Source of the DNA: a bacterium
GTDB lineage: Bacteria > Patescibacteriota > Minisyncoccia > Phycocordibacterales > UBA1006
NCBI GenBank assembly: GCA_030433255.1
Contig: JAUIMI010000001.1
Span: forward strand, 23,378-87,377
Direction of reading: 5' to 3'
DNA length: 64,000 bases
Both the position numbers and the translations under genes were made by a program. Each line of letters begins with the position of its first letter. Within the stretch, counting starts at the first letter, position 1. The notes beneath the pieces are model-generated. The model had not been told where the DNA came from. It was given only the letters and a program-made list of their open reading frames with translations, and ran no database searches. Below, in pieces: positions 49,351 through 58,987 of the stretch.

Positions 49351-49947
49351 ATGAATATTGAAAATATTATTTTTGTTGTCGTGTTGGTTATCTCGATTAT
49401 TTTGCATGAGATTGCGCATGGATATGCTGCAGATAAACTAGGTGACCCAACAGCACGACTACAGGGTCGACTATCGTTAAATCCGCTTGTTCATATAGAT
49501 TGGATTGGATCAGTTATTTTGCCATTTTTTTTGGTACTATCAGGTGCTCCATTTGTATTAGGGTGGGCAAAGCCAGTCCCTTTTAATCCATATAATATGA
49601 AAAATCCTCGCACAGGTGCAATGATTGTTGCTATCGTTGGGCCACTTACTAATTTACTCTTAGCTATTATGGGGTCTTTATTACTTCATGTTGGTATTTT
49701 TGGAGCAGGTGGAAATTATTTTTTGATGAGTCTTATTATTACTAATATCGCTCTTGCTGTATTTAATCTTGTTCCTATACCGCCGCTGGATGGTCATCAT
49801 TTATTATTTGGTATAATCCCTACACGATTCAACCATATTAAAAATTTTCTTAGGAAATACTCTTTTATTATATTAATTATCTTTGTAATGTATGGATGGG
49901 AGTTTATTTCTCCTATTATTATGGGGCTCGCTAATATTCTTTTATAG
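49351..49947 (+). CDS. M50-family (site-2 protease-like) membrane metalloprotease
   Basis: HEIAHG zinc motif inside a TM helix; ~5 TM helices. Confidence 0.6.
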   Translation: MNIENIIFVVVLVISIILHEIAHGYAADKLGDPTARLQGRLSLNPLVHIDWIGSVILPFFLVLSGAPFVLGWAKPVPFNPYNMKNPRTGAMIVAIVGPLTNLLLAIMGSLLLHVGIFGAGGNYFLMSLIITNIALAVFNLVPIPPLDGHHLLFGIIPTRFNHIKNFLRKYSFIILIIFVMYGWEFISPIIMGLANILL

Positions 49948-50028
49948 CTCTTGCATTTTTTATTGATTGTAGTAATGTCCTAAGCATAAACGCACTGTAT
50001 ATTTGCAGTGCTTTTCATTAGATTTTAT

Positions 50029-50445
50029 ATGGCAAGAATTAATCAATTAATTAGAAAAGGTCGCAAGAAAACGACTACCAAACCAAAGGCAGTTGCGCTT
50101 CGTCGAGGATTTAATTCATTAAAGAATCATCCAACACGATATCCATCTCCATTTAAACGTGGAGTATGTACAAAAGTAACAACCATGACACCTAAAAAAC
50201 CTAACTCTGCGCTTCGAAAAATTGCGCGTGTACGGTTAACGAATGGTATGGAAGTTACTGCGTATATTCCAGGTATGGGTCACTCATTACAAGAACACTC
50301 AGTAGTATTATTGCGAGGTGGTCGTGTAAAGGACCTTATTGGGGTACGATATACTGTTGTTCGAGGAGTTCTTGATGCAACAGGGGTAGATGGACGAAAG
50401 AAATCTCGTTCACGTTACGGAGTTAAAAAGCCTAAAGGCGAATAG
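50029..50445 (+). CDS. rpsL: Ribosomal protein S12
   Basis: [12 protein letters not shown]...[10 protein letters not shown]. Confidence 0.9.
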   Translation: MARINQLIRKGRKKTTTKPKAVALRRGFNSLKNHPTRYPSPFKRGVCTKVTTMTPKKPNSALRKIARVRLTNGMEVTAYIPGMGHSLQEHSVVLLRGGRVKDLIGVRYTVVRGVLDATGVDGRKKSRSRYGVKKPKGE

Positions 50446-50461
50446 ATATAAATAAAACATT

Positions 50462-50932
50462 ATGCGAAGACCAGTAAAAAACCGAAGACAACCAGGGCCA
50501 GACTCAGTCTATAATTCAGTTGTGTTAGCTAAATTTATTAATAACATTATGTTAGACGGTAAAAAAGAAACAGCACGAAAAATTGTATACGGAGCTCTTG
50601 ATATTATTAAGGAAAAACAACCTGATAAAGAAGCTCTAGAAGTTTTTGAAGCCGCGTTAAAAAACGCAGGTCCATCTACCGAAGTTCGATCACGACGTGT
50701 CGGAGGTGCAAATTACCAAGTTCCAGTTCCAGTTCGACCAGAACGTCAATTAGCACTTGCTATGCGGTGGATTATTAACGGAGCTCGATCAAAAAAAGGT
50801 AAAGAAATGAAAGAATTCTTAGCTGATGAACTATTACTTGCAGCAGCAGGAGAAGGAGAAGCAGTTAAAAAGAAAGAAAACGTACTCAAAATGGCAGAAG
50901 CGAACAAAGCATTTGCACATTTTGCTTGGTAA
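50462..50932 (+). CDS. rpsG: Ribosomal protein S7
   Basis: Typical S7 sequence (VRSRRVGGANYQVP). Confidence 0.9.
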   Translation: MRRPVKNRRQPGPDSVYNSVVLAKFINNIMLDGKKETARKIVYGALDIIKEKQPDKEALEVFEAALKNAGPSTEVRSRRVGGANYQVPVPVRPERQLALAMRWIINGARSKKGKEMKEFLADELLLAAAGEGEAVKKKENVLKMAEANKAFAHFAW

Positions 50933-50962
50933 TAAAAATCCCCTTTGGGATTTTTATTTTTT
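50933..50962 (+). terminator. Terminator AAATCCC-ttt-GGGATTTTTATTTTTT
   Basis: Stem plus T-run. Confidence 0.55.
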
Positions 50963-51037
50963 GAAATACCTTATATAATATGTTTAGCAGAGCTATCTGT
51001 TGCTAAATGATTAATAAATTAATTACCGAATGATATT

Positions 51038-51307
51038 ATGACAGAACCACAAGAATTTCTTGAATACCTTGTAAAAGGATTAGTAGATAACCCAGATGAT
51101 GTTGCAGTAACAAAAACTATTGATGACATGGGGGTACTCCTTACTTTAGATGTGAACCCAGAAGATATGGGACAAATTATTGGAAGACAAGGTGCAACCG
51201 CTAAAGCCATTCGTACTCTTGTTCGTGTATGTGGAATGAAGGGACAAGCACGCGTGAATGTAAAAATTAACGAACCAAATAAAGAAAAAGAAGAAGTTGC
51301 CGAATAG
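51038..51307 (+). CDS. KH-domain RNA-binding protein (KhpA/UPF0109-like)
   Basis: GxxG-type KH core IIGRQGATAKAIR. Confidence 0.6.
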   Translation: MTEPQEFLEYLVKGLVDNPDDVAVTKTIDDMGVLLTLDVNPEDMGQIIGRQGATAKAIRTLVRVCGMKGQARVNVKINEPNKEKEEVAE

Positions 51308-51395
51308 GGCTTTTTTTCTTGATTTTTTCACAAAGAGTACTGTACCCATAACTTTTTTTGTTGTTTTAAAATGTCTTTGGTATACTCTCTGTGGC

Positions 51396-51995
51396 ATGAA
51401 TGCAAACGATACAATTATAGTAATGGGACGGTCTGGTTCGGGAAAGGGAACACAGATTAATCTTTTAAAAGAATACTTACAAACAGAACACCCCGAATTC
51501 AATATTTTCCATTTTGAGTCAGGAAAACACTTTCGAAATTTTATTAAAGACGAAGGATATACAAGCGAAATAATGCGTGAAGTTATTGCTGAGGGTACAC
51601 TTGCACCTGATTTTATTACTGAGTGGTTACTGTCCGATGCTTTTGTGAAAAATATGACAAAAGAAGAACAGTTATTGATTCTTGATGGTTTTCCTCGAAC
51701 AAAAAATCAAGCATACACTTTAGATTCAGCAATGGATTATTATAAAAGAACTAATATTTATGTTATTCATATTGATGTTTCGGAAGATGAAGTAAGGAGA
51801 CGTATGATTGAACGTGGACGAAGTGATGATACCAATATTGATGTAATAAACAGCCGTATTCAGTGGTACAACGATAATGTTATCCCAACATTAAAATATT
51901 TTGAATCTCAAGACCAATATCATGTAGTACACATAAATGGGGAACAGGAAATTGAGTCTGTTCATAATGATATTATTAGCGCTTTTAATTTATAA
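51396..51995 (+). CDS. adk: Adenylate kinase
   Basis: P-loop GRSGSGKGTQ and LDGFPRTKNQA. Confidence 0.75.
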   Translation: MNANDTIIVMGRSGSGKGTQINLLKEYLQTEHPEFNIFHFESGKHFRNFIKDEGYTSEIMREVIAEGTLAPDFITEWLLSDAFVKNMTKEEQLLILDGFPRTKNQAYTLDSAMDYYKRTNIYVIHIDVSEDEVRRRMIERGRSDDTNIDVINSRIQWYNDNVIPTLKYFESQDQYHVVHINGEQEIESVHNDIISAFNL

Positions 51996-52008
51996 CTTAT
52001 AAAGAAGT

Positions 52009-52698
52009 ATGTCAGATTTCAAAGAGACTATTGTTATAGCAATGGGTGGGTCACTTTTAATCCCAGAGACCATTGATGTCTCCTTTATTAAATCATTAAA
52101 AGAAATGGTTAATTATTTTACCAATGAAGGATATCAAATTGTTCTTGTTGTTGGAGGAGGAAAAACATGTCGTTATTATCAAGCAGCAGCAAAAGAATTT
52201 AATCATGTGACCAATACTGATTTGGATTGGATTGGTATTAAAACTATCCGCCTGAATTGTGAATTATTATTACGTATTTTTTCCGATAGTGATGTACACA
52301 GTGAAGTTATTGAAAAATGGCAAGATGTTGTTGGGATTAGTAATTCATTAATTATTGTGGGGGCTTGGGAGCCTGGATGTTCTTCTGATAAAGATGCTGT
52401 TGAAATGGCACGTGTATTGAATGCTCGTCGTGTTATTAATTTTTCAAACACATCACATGTATATAGCAAAGACCCTCGTATACATTCAGACGCACAACGT
52501 TTTAATACGCTTTCTTGGTCTGAGTATAGAAATATTATTCCGCAAGAATGGACCCCTGGAATGTCAGCACCATTTGACCCTGTGGCAGCAGAACTTGCTG
52601 AGGAATCAAACATTACCGTTGCGATTTTAGGAGCTTCTGTTCAAAACCTTGAAAACTATCTTAATGGAAATGAATTTGAAGGAACGATTATTCAATAA
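52009..52698 (+). CDS. pyrH: Uridylate kinase-like amino-acid-kinase family protein
   Basis: IVIAMGGSLL, VVGGG, and a C-terminal region like UMP kinases. Confidence 0.6.
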   Translation: MSDFKETIVIAMGGSLLIPETIDVSFIKSLKEMVNYFTNEGYQIVLVVGGGKTCRYYQAAAKEFNHVTNTDLDWIGIKTIRLNCELLLRIFSDSDVHSEVIEKWQDVVGISNSLIIVGAWEPGCSSDKDAVEMARVLNARRVINFSNTSHVYSKDPRIHSDAQRFNTLSWSEYRNIIPQEWTPGMSAPFDPVAAELAEESNITVAILGASVQNLENYLNGNEFEGTIIQ

Positions 52699-52735
52699 TC
52701 GTTTTTTTATTTTTTAAATTTGATAGAGTATTATC

Positions 52736-53503
52736 ATGTCAATTACGATAAAAACACCAGAACAAATCACAATATTACGAGAAGCAGGAAAACACCACGC
52801 ACGTATATTAAACGAACTTGAAAAAATGGTTGTACCAGGGGTAACAGCCATTGAATTGGATGCTATTGCTGAAGAAAAAGTTCGAGCTATTGGAGCTGAG
52901 CCTTCTTTTTTACATTATCAACCTGACCATACCTACCCACTCTATCCAGCATCATTATGTGTTTCTATAAACGAAGAAATTGTACATGGTATTCCTACAG
53001 CAGAAATGATTGTTAAAGATGGTGATATTGTTTCTATTGATTTAGGTTTAAAATACAAAGGAATGTTTACTGATTCAGCTCGAACTGTCATTGTTGGTAA
53101 TACTTCAAAAGAAAAAAAACAACTGGTATATGATACCCGTGAAGCCCTTATGCGTGGTATTGAGGCAGCACAAGTAGGTAATACAGTTGGTGATATTGGG
53201 TACGCAATTGAATCATTTAATAACAAACGATATGGAAATGTACGTGAACTATCAGGGCATGGTGTAGGGTTAGCAGTTCATGAAGATCCATACGTACCTA
53301 ACTATGGGAAAAAAGGAAGTGGTGCTAAGCTTAAACCAGGAATGGTATTAGCTATTGAACCTATGTTTAATTTAGGAGCCTCAGATGTTGTTTTTCATGA
53401 TGATGGGTACACTGTTTCAACACGTGATGGCATGGTTTCAGCACATGTTGAACATACTGTATTAATTACTGAACAGGGTCCAGAAATATTAACAGAATTG
53501 TAA
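52736..53503 (+). CDS. map: Methionine aminopeptidase type I
   Basis: Metal-ligand pattern D..D..H..E..E in the pita-bread fold (SIDLGLKYKG, HGVGLAVHE, LAIEPM, EHTVLIT). Confidence 0.85.
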   Translation: MSITIKTPEQITILREAGKHHARILNELEKMVVPGVTAIELDAIAEEKVRAIGAEPSFLHYQPDHTYPLYPASLCVSINEEIVHGIPTAEMIVKDGDIVSIDLGLKYKGMFTDSARTVIVGNTSKEKKQLVYDTREALMRGIEAAQVGNTVGDIGYAIESFNNKRYGNVRELSGHGVGLAVHEDPYVPNYGKKGSGAKLKPGMVLAIEPMFNLGASDVVFHDDGYTVSTRDGMVSAHVEHTVLITEQGPEILTEL

Positions 53504-53632
53504 AATTCTGTTTTTTTCTTTATATAATAAGGTATTAACAAGGACATTTTTGAAAATAAAAAATGTCCTTTATAAAAGACAATAAATGTCCTTGAAAACC
53601 TTATTTTACAAGGGTTTTTTGGGGAAAAACCC

Positions 53633-53663
53633 TTGACAGAAATACCCAAAAAATTAGTATATT
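53633..53663 (+). promoter_or_regulatory. Candidate sigma70-like promoter for tuf: TTGACA-16nt-TAGTAT (alternatively TATATT)
   Basis: Consensus -35 hexamer at 53633-53638 and a -10-like hexamer at 53655-53660, ~190 bp upstream of tuf. Confidence 0.35.
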
Positions 53664-53850
53664 TACTATCACAGCTTGTGTTGTTGTGATTTTTTCTTTG
53701 CGTTAAAAATGCATTGAAAAATTATTACTTAACGAGAAAAGTACCACTAGATGGATGCAACACATACTTCACGTATTTAGCGCGCACTAAATCACAATCA
53801 TTGAAGTAGCCGTCGATTTATGTACTTCTCAATTTATTTAATCAAACAAC

Positions 53851-55047
53851 ATGTCAGAATTTAACCGAGAAAAAACTCACGTAAACGTGGGAACTATTGG
53901 TCACGTTGACCACGGAAAAACAACTCTTACTGCTGCTATCTCTTATGTCTCACACATGATGGATCCAGAACATAACAAACTACGTGATGTTAAGGATATT
54001 GATAACGCACCAGAAGAACGAGAACGAGGAATTACTATTGCGATTTCTCACAATGAATACGAAACAGCAAACCGACACTATGCTCACATCGATGCTCCAG
54101 GTCACGCTGATTACATTAAAAACATGATTACTGGTGCAGCTCAAATGGACGGTGCTATCATCGTATGTGCTGCAACAGATGGTCCAATGCCACAAACACG
54201 AGAACACATTCTTCTTGCAAAACAAGTTGGTGTTCCAAACATTATTGTTTTCATCAACAAGATGGACTTAATGGCTGGAGAAGAAGAAATGGTTGACCTT
54301 GTAGAAATGGAAATGCGAGATCTTCTTACAAAATACGAATTTGATGGAGATAACGCACCAGTTATTAAAGGTTCAGCTGTTAAGGCTCTTGAAGCATCTT
54401 CAGTAGAAGATGAATGGGCACAAAAAATTGTTGAACTTCTTAATGCAATGGACACATACTTCCCAGATCCAGTTCGAGAACTTGATAAACCATTCCTTAT
54501 GCCAGTAGAAGATATCTTCTCAATTGAAGGGCGAGGAACAGTAGTTACAGGAAAAATTGAACAAGGAAAAGTTACTGTTGGACAAGAAATTGAAATTGTT
54601 GGAATTAACCCAACAAAACCAGCAACAGTTACAGGAGTTGAAATGTTTAACAAACAACTTCAAGAAGGTCTTGCTGGAGATAACGCAGGAATTCTATTAC
54701 GAGGTCTTAAAAAAGATGAAATTACTCGTGGGCAAGTTCTTGCTGCAAAAGGGTCAATTACTCCACATACTGAATTCGAAGCTGAAATTTATGTTTTGAA
54801 AAAAGAAGAAGGAGGACGACACACACCATTCTTTAAAGGATACAAACCACAGTTCTACATCCGAACTACTGATGTAACAGGAGAAATCGAACTTCCAGAA
54901 GGAACTGAAATGGTAATGCCAGGAGATACAGTAACTCTTAAGGTAAAACTTGGAGTACCTGTAGCGCTTAATGACAACGCACGATTTGCGGTTCGAGAAG
55001 GAGGGCGAACAGTTGGAGCAGGAGTTGTTACTAAAATTATTGCTTAA
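53851..55047 (+). CDS. tuf: Elongation factor Tu
   Basis: [19 protein letters not shown] and the full-length EF-Tu sequence. Confidence 0.95.
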   Translation: MSEFNREKTHVNVGTIGHVDHGKTTLTAAISYVSHMMDPEHNKLRDVKDIDNAPEERERGITIAISHNEYETANRHYAHIDAPGHADYIKNMITGAAQMDGAIIVCAATDGPMPQTREHILLAKQVGVPNIIVFINKMDLMAGEEEMVDLVEMEMRDLLTKYEFDGDNAPVIKGSAVKALEASSVEDEWAQKIVELLNAMDTYFPDPVRELDKPFLMPVEDIFSIEGRGTVVTGKIEQGKVTVGQEIEIVGINPTKPATVTGVEMFNKQLQEGLAGDNAGILLRGLKKDEITRGQVLAAKGSITPHTEFEAEIYVLKKEEGGRHTPFFKGYKPQFYIRTTDVTGEIELPEGTEMVMPGDTVTLKVKLGVPVALNDNARFAVREGGRTVGAGVVTKIIA

Positions 55048-55076
55048 GCTTCGGCTCGAGTAATAATTGCGCCACT

Positions 55077-55403
55077 ATGGCAGCTGAAAAAAAAGCAGGA
55101 TCGACATTACGCATTCGCGTTCGTGCATACGAAAGCAAAATACTTGATACATCAGTAAAACAAATTATGGATACTGCTGCATCGTATGAAGCTGAAACAC
55201 GAGGTCCAATCCCGCTTCCAACAGAAATTAAAAAATATACTGTTAACCGAGCATCATTTGTTTACAAAGATGCACGTGAACAGTTTGAAACGCGAGTACA
55301 CAAACGATTGATTGATATTATCAATCCAACTCCTAAAGTTGTAGAAGCGTTAACAAATATGAATTTACCATCTGGAGTCGATATTGACGTAAAGATGATG
55401 TAA
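55077..55403 (+). CDS. rpsJ: Ribosomal protein S10
   Basis: LRIRVRAYES..LD; typical S10. Confidence 0.9.
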   Translation: MAAEKKAGSTLRIRVRAYESKILDTSVKQIMDTAASYEAETRGPIPLPTEIKKYTVNRASFVYKDAREQFETRVHKRLIDIINPTPKVVEALTNMNLPSGVDIDVKMM

Positions 55404-55503
55404 TTTATTTCTATACTTATTCACTAATGTTGGTTTTTACCAACCACTTAGATGTTCCACTACCGAGAACTTCTTCGTTCTCGGTATGAACATATATACG
55501 AAC

Positions 55504-56121
55504 ATGAAATTTATTCTAGGAACAAAGGAATCAATGACACAATTCTTTACTGAAGAAGGTGTTGTTGTTCCTGCGACAATTATTTCTGTTCCACAAGCGA
55601 CCGTAACACAAGTAAAATCAGTTGATTCTGATGGATACAATGCGGTGCAAATTGCGAGTGGAGATAGAAAAGAAAAAAACATTAACAAAGCCCAACGTGG
55701 ACATTTTGCGGGGAAAGGAAATTTCCGATTTGTAAAAGAATTTCGTTTAAAAAACGATGAAACTTCTGAACTACAAGTAGGTGACACATTTGATGCTTCA
55801 TTATTTGAAGCAGGAGATGTTGTTGCGGTATCTGGTACTTCAAAAGGTAAGGGGTTCCAAGGTGTTGTAAAACGACATAATTTCTCAGGAGCACCAACGT
55901 CACATGGACACCGACACGATACACGTCGTCCGGGTTCTATTGGTGCAACAGGTCCACAACGAGTATTTAAAGGTACTCGTATGGCAGGTCGAACAGGTTC
56001 AGATAGAATCACAGTAAAAAATCTTGAGATTGTTGCTGTTGATTCAAAAAATGGACAATTATTGGTAAAAGGAGCACTACCTGGACGGCGAGGAACCTTG
56101 CTTGAGGTAGTTTCTGCTTAA
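55504..56121 (+). CDS. rplC: Ribosomal protein L3
   Basis: LGTKESMTQFF...FQGVVKRHNFSG. Confidence 0.85.
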   Translation: MKFILGTKESMTQFFTEEGVVVPATIISVPQATVTQVKSVDSDGYNAVQIASGDRKEKNINKAQRGHFAGKGNFRFVKEFRLKNDETSELQVGDTFDASLFEAGDVVAVSGTSKGKGFQGVVKRHNFSGAPTSHGHRHDTRRPGSIGATGPQRVFKGTRMAGRTGSDRITVKNLEIVAVDSKNGQLLVKGALPGRRGTLLEVVSA

Positions 56122-56135
56122 GTTCAAAAACGATT

Positions 56136-56804
56136 ATGAAAACGAAAGTATACGATCACAAGGGGAAAGAAACGCGCACAATTGATCTTCCTGAAAATAT
56201 CTTTGGACTTAACTGGAACGCTGATCTCGTTCATCAGGTAGTTGTTGGTATGCAGTCAAATGCACGTGCCAATACTGCTCACACCAAAGACCGTTCAGAA
56301 GTACGCGGAGGAGGTAAAAAACCTTGGCGACAAAAAGGAACTGGACAAGCACGTCACGGTTCAAAAAGATCTCCAATTTGGGTTGGAGGAGGTATTACAT
56401 TTGGTCCACGGAGCGAACGTAATTACGATAAAAAAATCAACACTAAAATGCGACGTAAAGCACTTCTTGTAGCCTTATCACAAAAATTGCGAGACGGACA
56501 AATTCTATTTGTTGATGGGTTTGAAGGAATAAGTGGAAAAACTAAAGATATGAAAGACGTATTTGAAGCATTTGCTCATGTTGATGGTTTTGAAACACTT
56601 AATACTAAAAAACATAACAATGCATTTATGATTTCATCAGAAGTTAATGAAGAAATAAAACAAGGAACAGACAACCTTTTCCATGTTTCACTTCGAGCTC
56701 CTGAAAATATAAACGTAGTTGATATTCTCAATCATCGATATATTGTTATGGCAAACCCAGAAAAAACGGTCGAATTTTTACAAACAAAACTAACTAACAA
56801 ATAA
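56136..56804 (+). CDS. rplD: Ribosomal protein L4
   Basis: GGGKKPWRQKGTGQARHGS. Confidence 0.85.
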   Translation: MKTKVYDHKGKETRTIDLPENIFGLNWNADLVHQVVVGMQSNARANTAHTKDRSEVRGGGKKPWRQKGTGQARHGSKRSPIWVGGGITFGPRSERNYDKKINTKMRRKALLVALSQKLRDGQILFVDGFEGISGKTKDMKDVFEAFAHVDGFETLNTKKHNNAFMISSEVNEEIKQGTDNLFHVSLRAPENINVVDILNHRYIVMANPEKTVEFLQTKLTNK

Positions 56805-56806
56805 GT

Positions 56807-57133
56807 ATGGCATTGTTTAAAAAAGATTCGAAAAAAGAAGTAGCAACTGGTGGATCACAAGACCTTTCATGGGTAATTATTGCTCCACGTATTACAGAAA
56901 AAGCTGCAATGGTTTCAGGGAATAACGTATTTACTTTTGATGTGGCAACACGTTCAAATAAAATTCAGATTAAACAAGCAATTATTGAAAAATATGGAGT
57001 TACTCCAGTTTCAGTAAATGTTATTAATCAACAAGCTCGAAAAACTATTAAACGTGGACGAAAAGTTCATGAAAAAGGAACAAAGAAAGCAATGGTAACC
57101 TTGAAGCAAGGAGATACTATTGAATTAGCTTAA
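56807..57133 (+). CDS. rplW: Ribosomal protein L23
   Basis: Position after L4 and typical L23 core. Confidence 0.8.
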   Translation: MALFKKDSKKEVATGGSQDLSWVIIAPRITEKAAMVSGNNVFTFDVATRSNKIQIKQAIIEKYGVTPVSVNVINQQARKTIKRGRKVHEKGTKKAMVTLKQGDTIELA

Positions 57134-57224
57134 TTTCTTTACATTAAAAATTATAGTTCTCAATAGCTGATACATATTGAATTAACTATGGTTACGACAG
57201 CCGATAAATGTCGAGGTACTATTT

Positions 57225-58067
57225 ATGAAAACATATAAACCAACATCTCCATCACGACGTAATATGGTGACTCTTGATTACCGTAAATCACTTACCGCTT
57301 CAAAACCTCACAAGGCTTTAACAAAAGGCGGTAAACGTAACGTAGGGAGAAATAATCAAGGGCGAATTACAACTCGTCACAAAGGTGGAGGAAACAAGCG
57401 ATTATATCGAGATATTGACTTCTTGTACAATAAAAAAGATATCCCAGCAAAAATTGAAACGGTTGAGTATGATCCTAATCGATCTGCATTTATTTCACTG
57501 GTTTGTTATGCTGATGGTGAACGACGGTATGTTGTTATGCCAAAAGGGGTAAAAGTTGGAGATACATTTCTTATTTCAGAAAAGGCTCCACTTACACCAG
57601 GAAATCGATTACCGTTATATAAAATTCCAGTAGGAACATTTATCTATAACATTGAGCTAAAACTAAATGGAGGAGCTAAAATGGTTCGTTCTGCAGGTTC
57701 ATATGCTCAGGTTACAGCGCATGATAATGGATACACTAATATTAAACTTCCTTCAGGGGAAGTACGAAAGGTTGTAGACCAATGTTTTGCATGTGTTGGG
57801 GAAGTCTCTAACTCTGACCATAAATTAATTAAAGGAGGAAAAGCAGGACGTTCACGATGGCGAGGAATTCGACCAACGGTTCGAGGTACCGCTATGAACC
57901 CTGTTGATCACCCACATGGAGGAGGAGAAGGACGACAAGGTATTGGATTACGACGAGGTCCAAAAACACGACAAGGTAAGCAAGCTTACGGAGTTAAAAC
58001 TCGTCGTTCAAAGAAATACTCAAATAATACAATTGTTACACGACGAAAGTCAAAACGACAAGGGTAA
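57225..58067 (+). CDS. rplB: Ribosomal protein L2
   Basis: GGGNKRLYR...HPHGGGEGR. Confidence 0.9.
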   Translation: MKTYKPTSPSRRNMVTLDYRKSLTASKPHKALTKGGKRNVGRNNQGRITTRHKGGGNKRLYRDIDFLYNKKDIPAKIETVEYDPNRSAFISLVCYADGERRYVVMPKGVKVGDTFLISEKAPLTPGNRLPLYKIPVGTFIYNIELKLNGGAKMVRSAGSYAQVTAHDNGYTNIKLPSGEVRKVVDQCFACVGEVSNSDHKLIKGGKAGRSRWRGIRPTVRGTAMNPVDHPHGGGEGRQGIGLRRGPKTRQGKQAYGVKTRRSKKYSNNTIVTRRKSKRQG

Positions 58068-58069
58068 CC

Positions 58070-58097
58070 AAAAAAACACCATATGGTGTTTTTTTTG
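58070..58097 (+). terminator. Terminator AAACACCAT-a-ATGGTGTTTTTTTT
   Basis: Stem plus T-run after rplB. Confidence 0.6.
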
Positions 58098-58111
58098 TTA
58101 TACTATGATTT

Positions 58112-58912
58112 ATGTTTGAATCTTTTATTCTTGGTGCTGTACAAGGGGTAGCAGAATGGTTACCAGTTTCATCAGAAGCAATGATTATTTTGGTAAAGAG
58201 TAATTTTTTCCCAACAGGAATGAGTTTTTCTGAGATGGTTTCTTTTGCTATTTTTCTTCATTTAGGAACACTATTGGCAGTTGTTGTCTACTATTGGAAA
58301 AAGATTGCAAATTTATTTCATCAAGTTTTTTCATATCGCTCTTTGGAAAAAAGTAATAAACAATATATTAATTTTATTATAATTGCAACGATTATTTCTG
58401 GTACTGTTGGGTTATTTTTTTTTAATCTCGTTGAAAAATATGATGGTTTTTTTAGTAATGAAATTCGTATTAATTATATTGTTGCTGGGTTTCTAATTAT
58501 TACTGCCATTCTTTTATTTATATCTGAAACAAGAAAAATCTCTAAAAAAGTATCGCTCAATCCAGGAAGAAGTATTGTTACTGGTTTATTCCAAGGGTTT
58601 GCTGCAATACCTGGTATCTCTCGTTCTGGATCAACAATTGCTGGTATGGGCTTGCTTGGAATTGATAAGGAACGTGCACTTGAGCTCTCATTTATTCTTT
58701 CTATACCTATTGTGTTATTAGCAAATATTATTCTAAATTATTCAGAATTTGCTCAATTTACATGGAATCATCTTATTGCGCTATCTTCTGCATTCATTTT
58801 TGGGTTACTCACAATTGAATTACTACTTCGCTTTGTTCAAAGAGTTAGATTTAGCTATTTTGTTGCTTTTTTTGCATTGTTATTGCTTATACTAACAAAT
58901 ATGTTATCGTAA
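58112..58912 (+). CDS. uppP: Undecaprenyl-diphosphatase
   Basis: BacA motifs; PGISRSGSTIAG. Confidence 0.8.
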   Translation: MFESFILGAVQGVAEWLPVSSEAMIILVKSNFFPTGMSFSEMVSFAIFLHLGTLLAVVVYYWKKIANLFHQVFSYRSLEKSNKQYINFIIIATIISGTVGLFFFNLVEKYDGFFSNEIRINYIVAGFLIITAILLFISETRKISKKVSLNPGRSIVTGLFQGFAAIPGISRSGSTIAGMGLLGIDKERALELSFILSIPIVLLANIILNYSEFAQFTWNHLIALSSAFIFGLLTIELLLRFVQRVRFSYFVAFFALLLLILTNMLS

Positions 58913-58987
58913 ATATATATTTGAGTCTTTTTTATATCTCGTTTTATAGATATTTTTATTTTTATGTAGACTCAAATTCCTAATATA

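Noticed and set aside
54141-54653. Long antisense ORFs inside conserved genes (54141..54653 and 53980..54225 in tuf; 55437..56012 in rplC; 52203..52613 in pyrH; 60085..60480 in DEAD helicase; 11407..11715 in tmk; 40867..41160 opposite efp; 34354..34593 in AI-2E)
   Set aside because: They overlap strongly conserved genes on the opposite strand or in an alternative frame, and have low-complexity composition. Treated as spurious.
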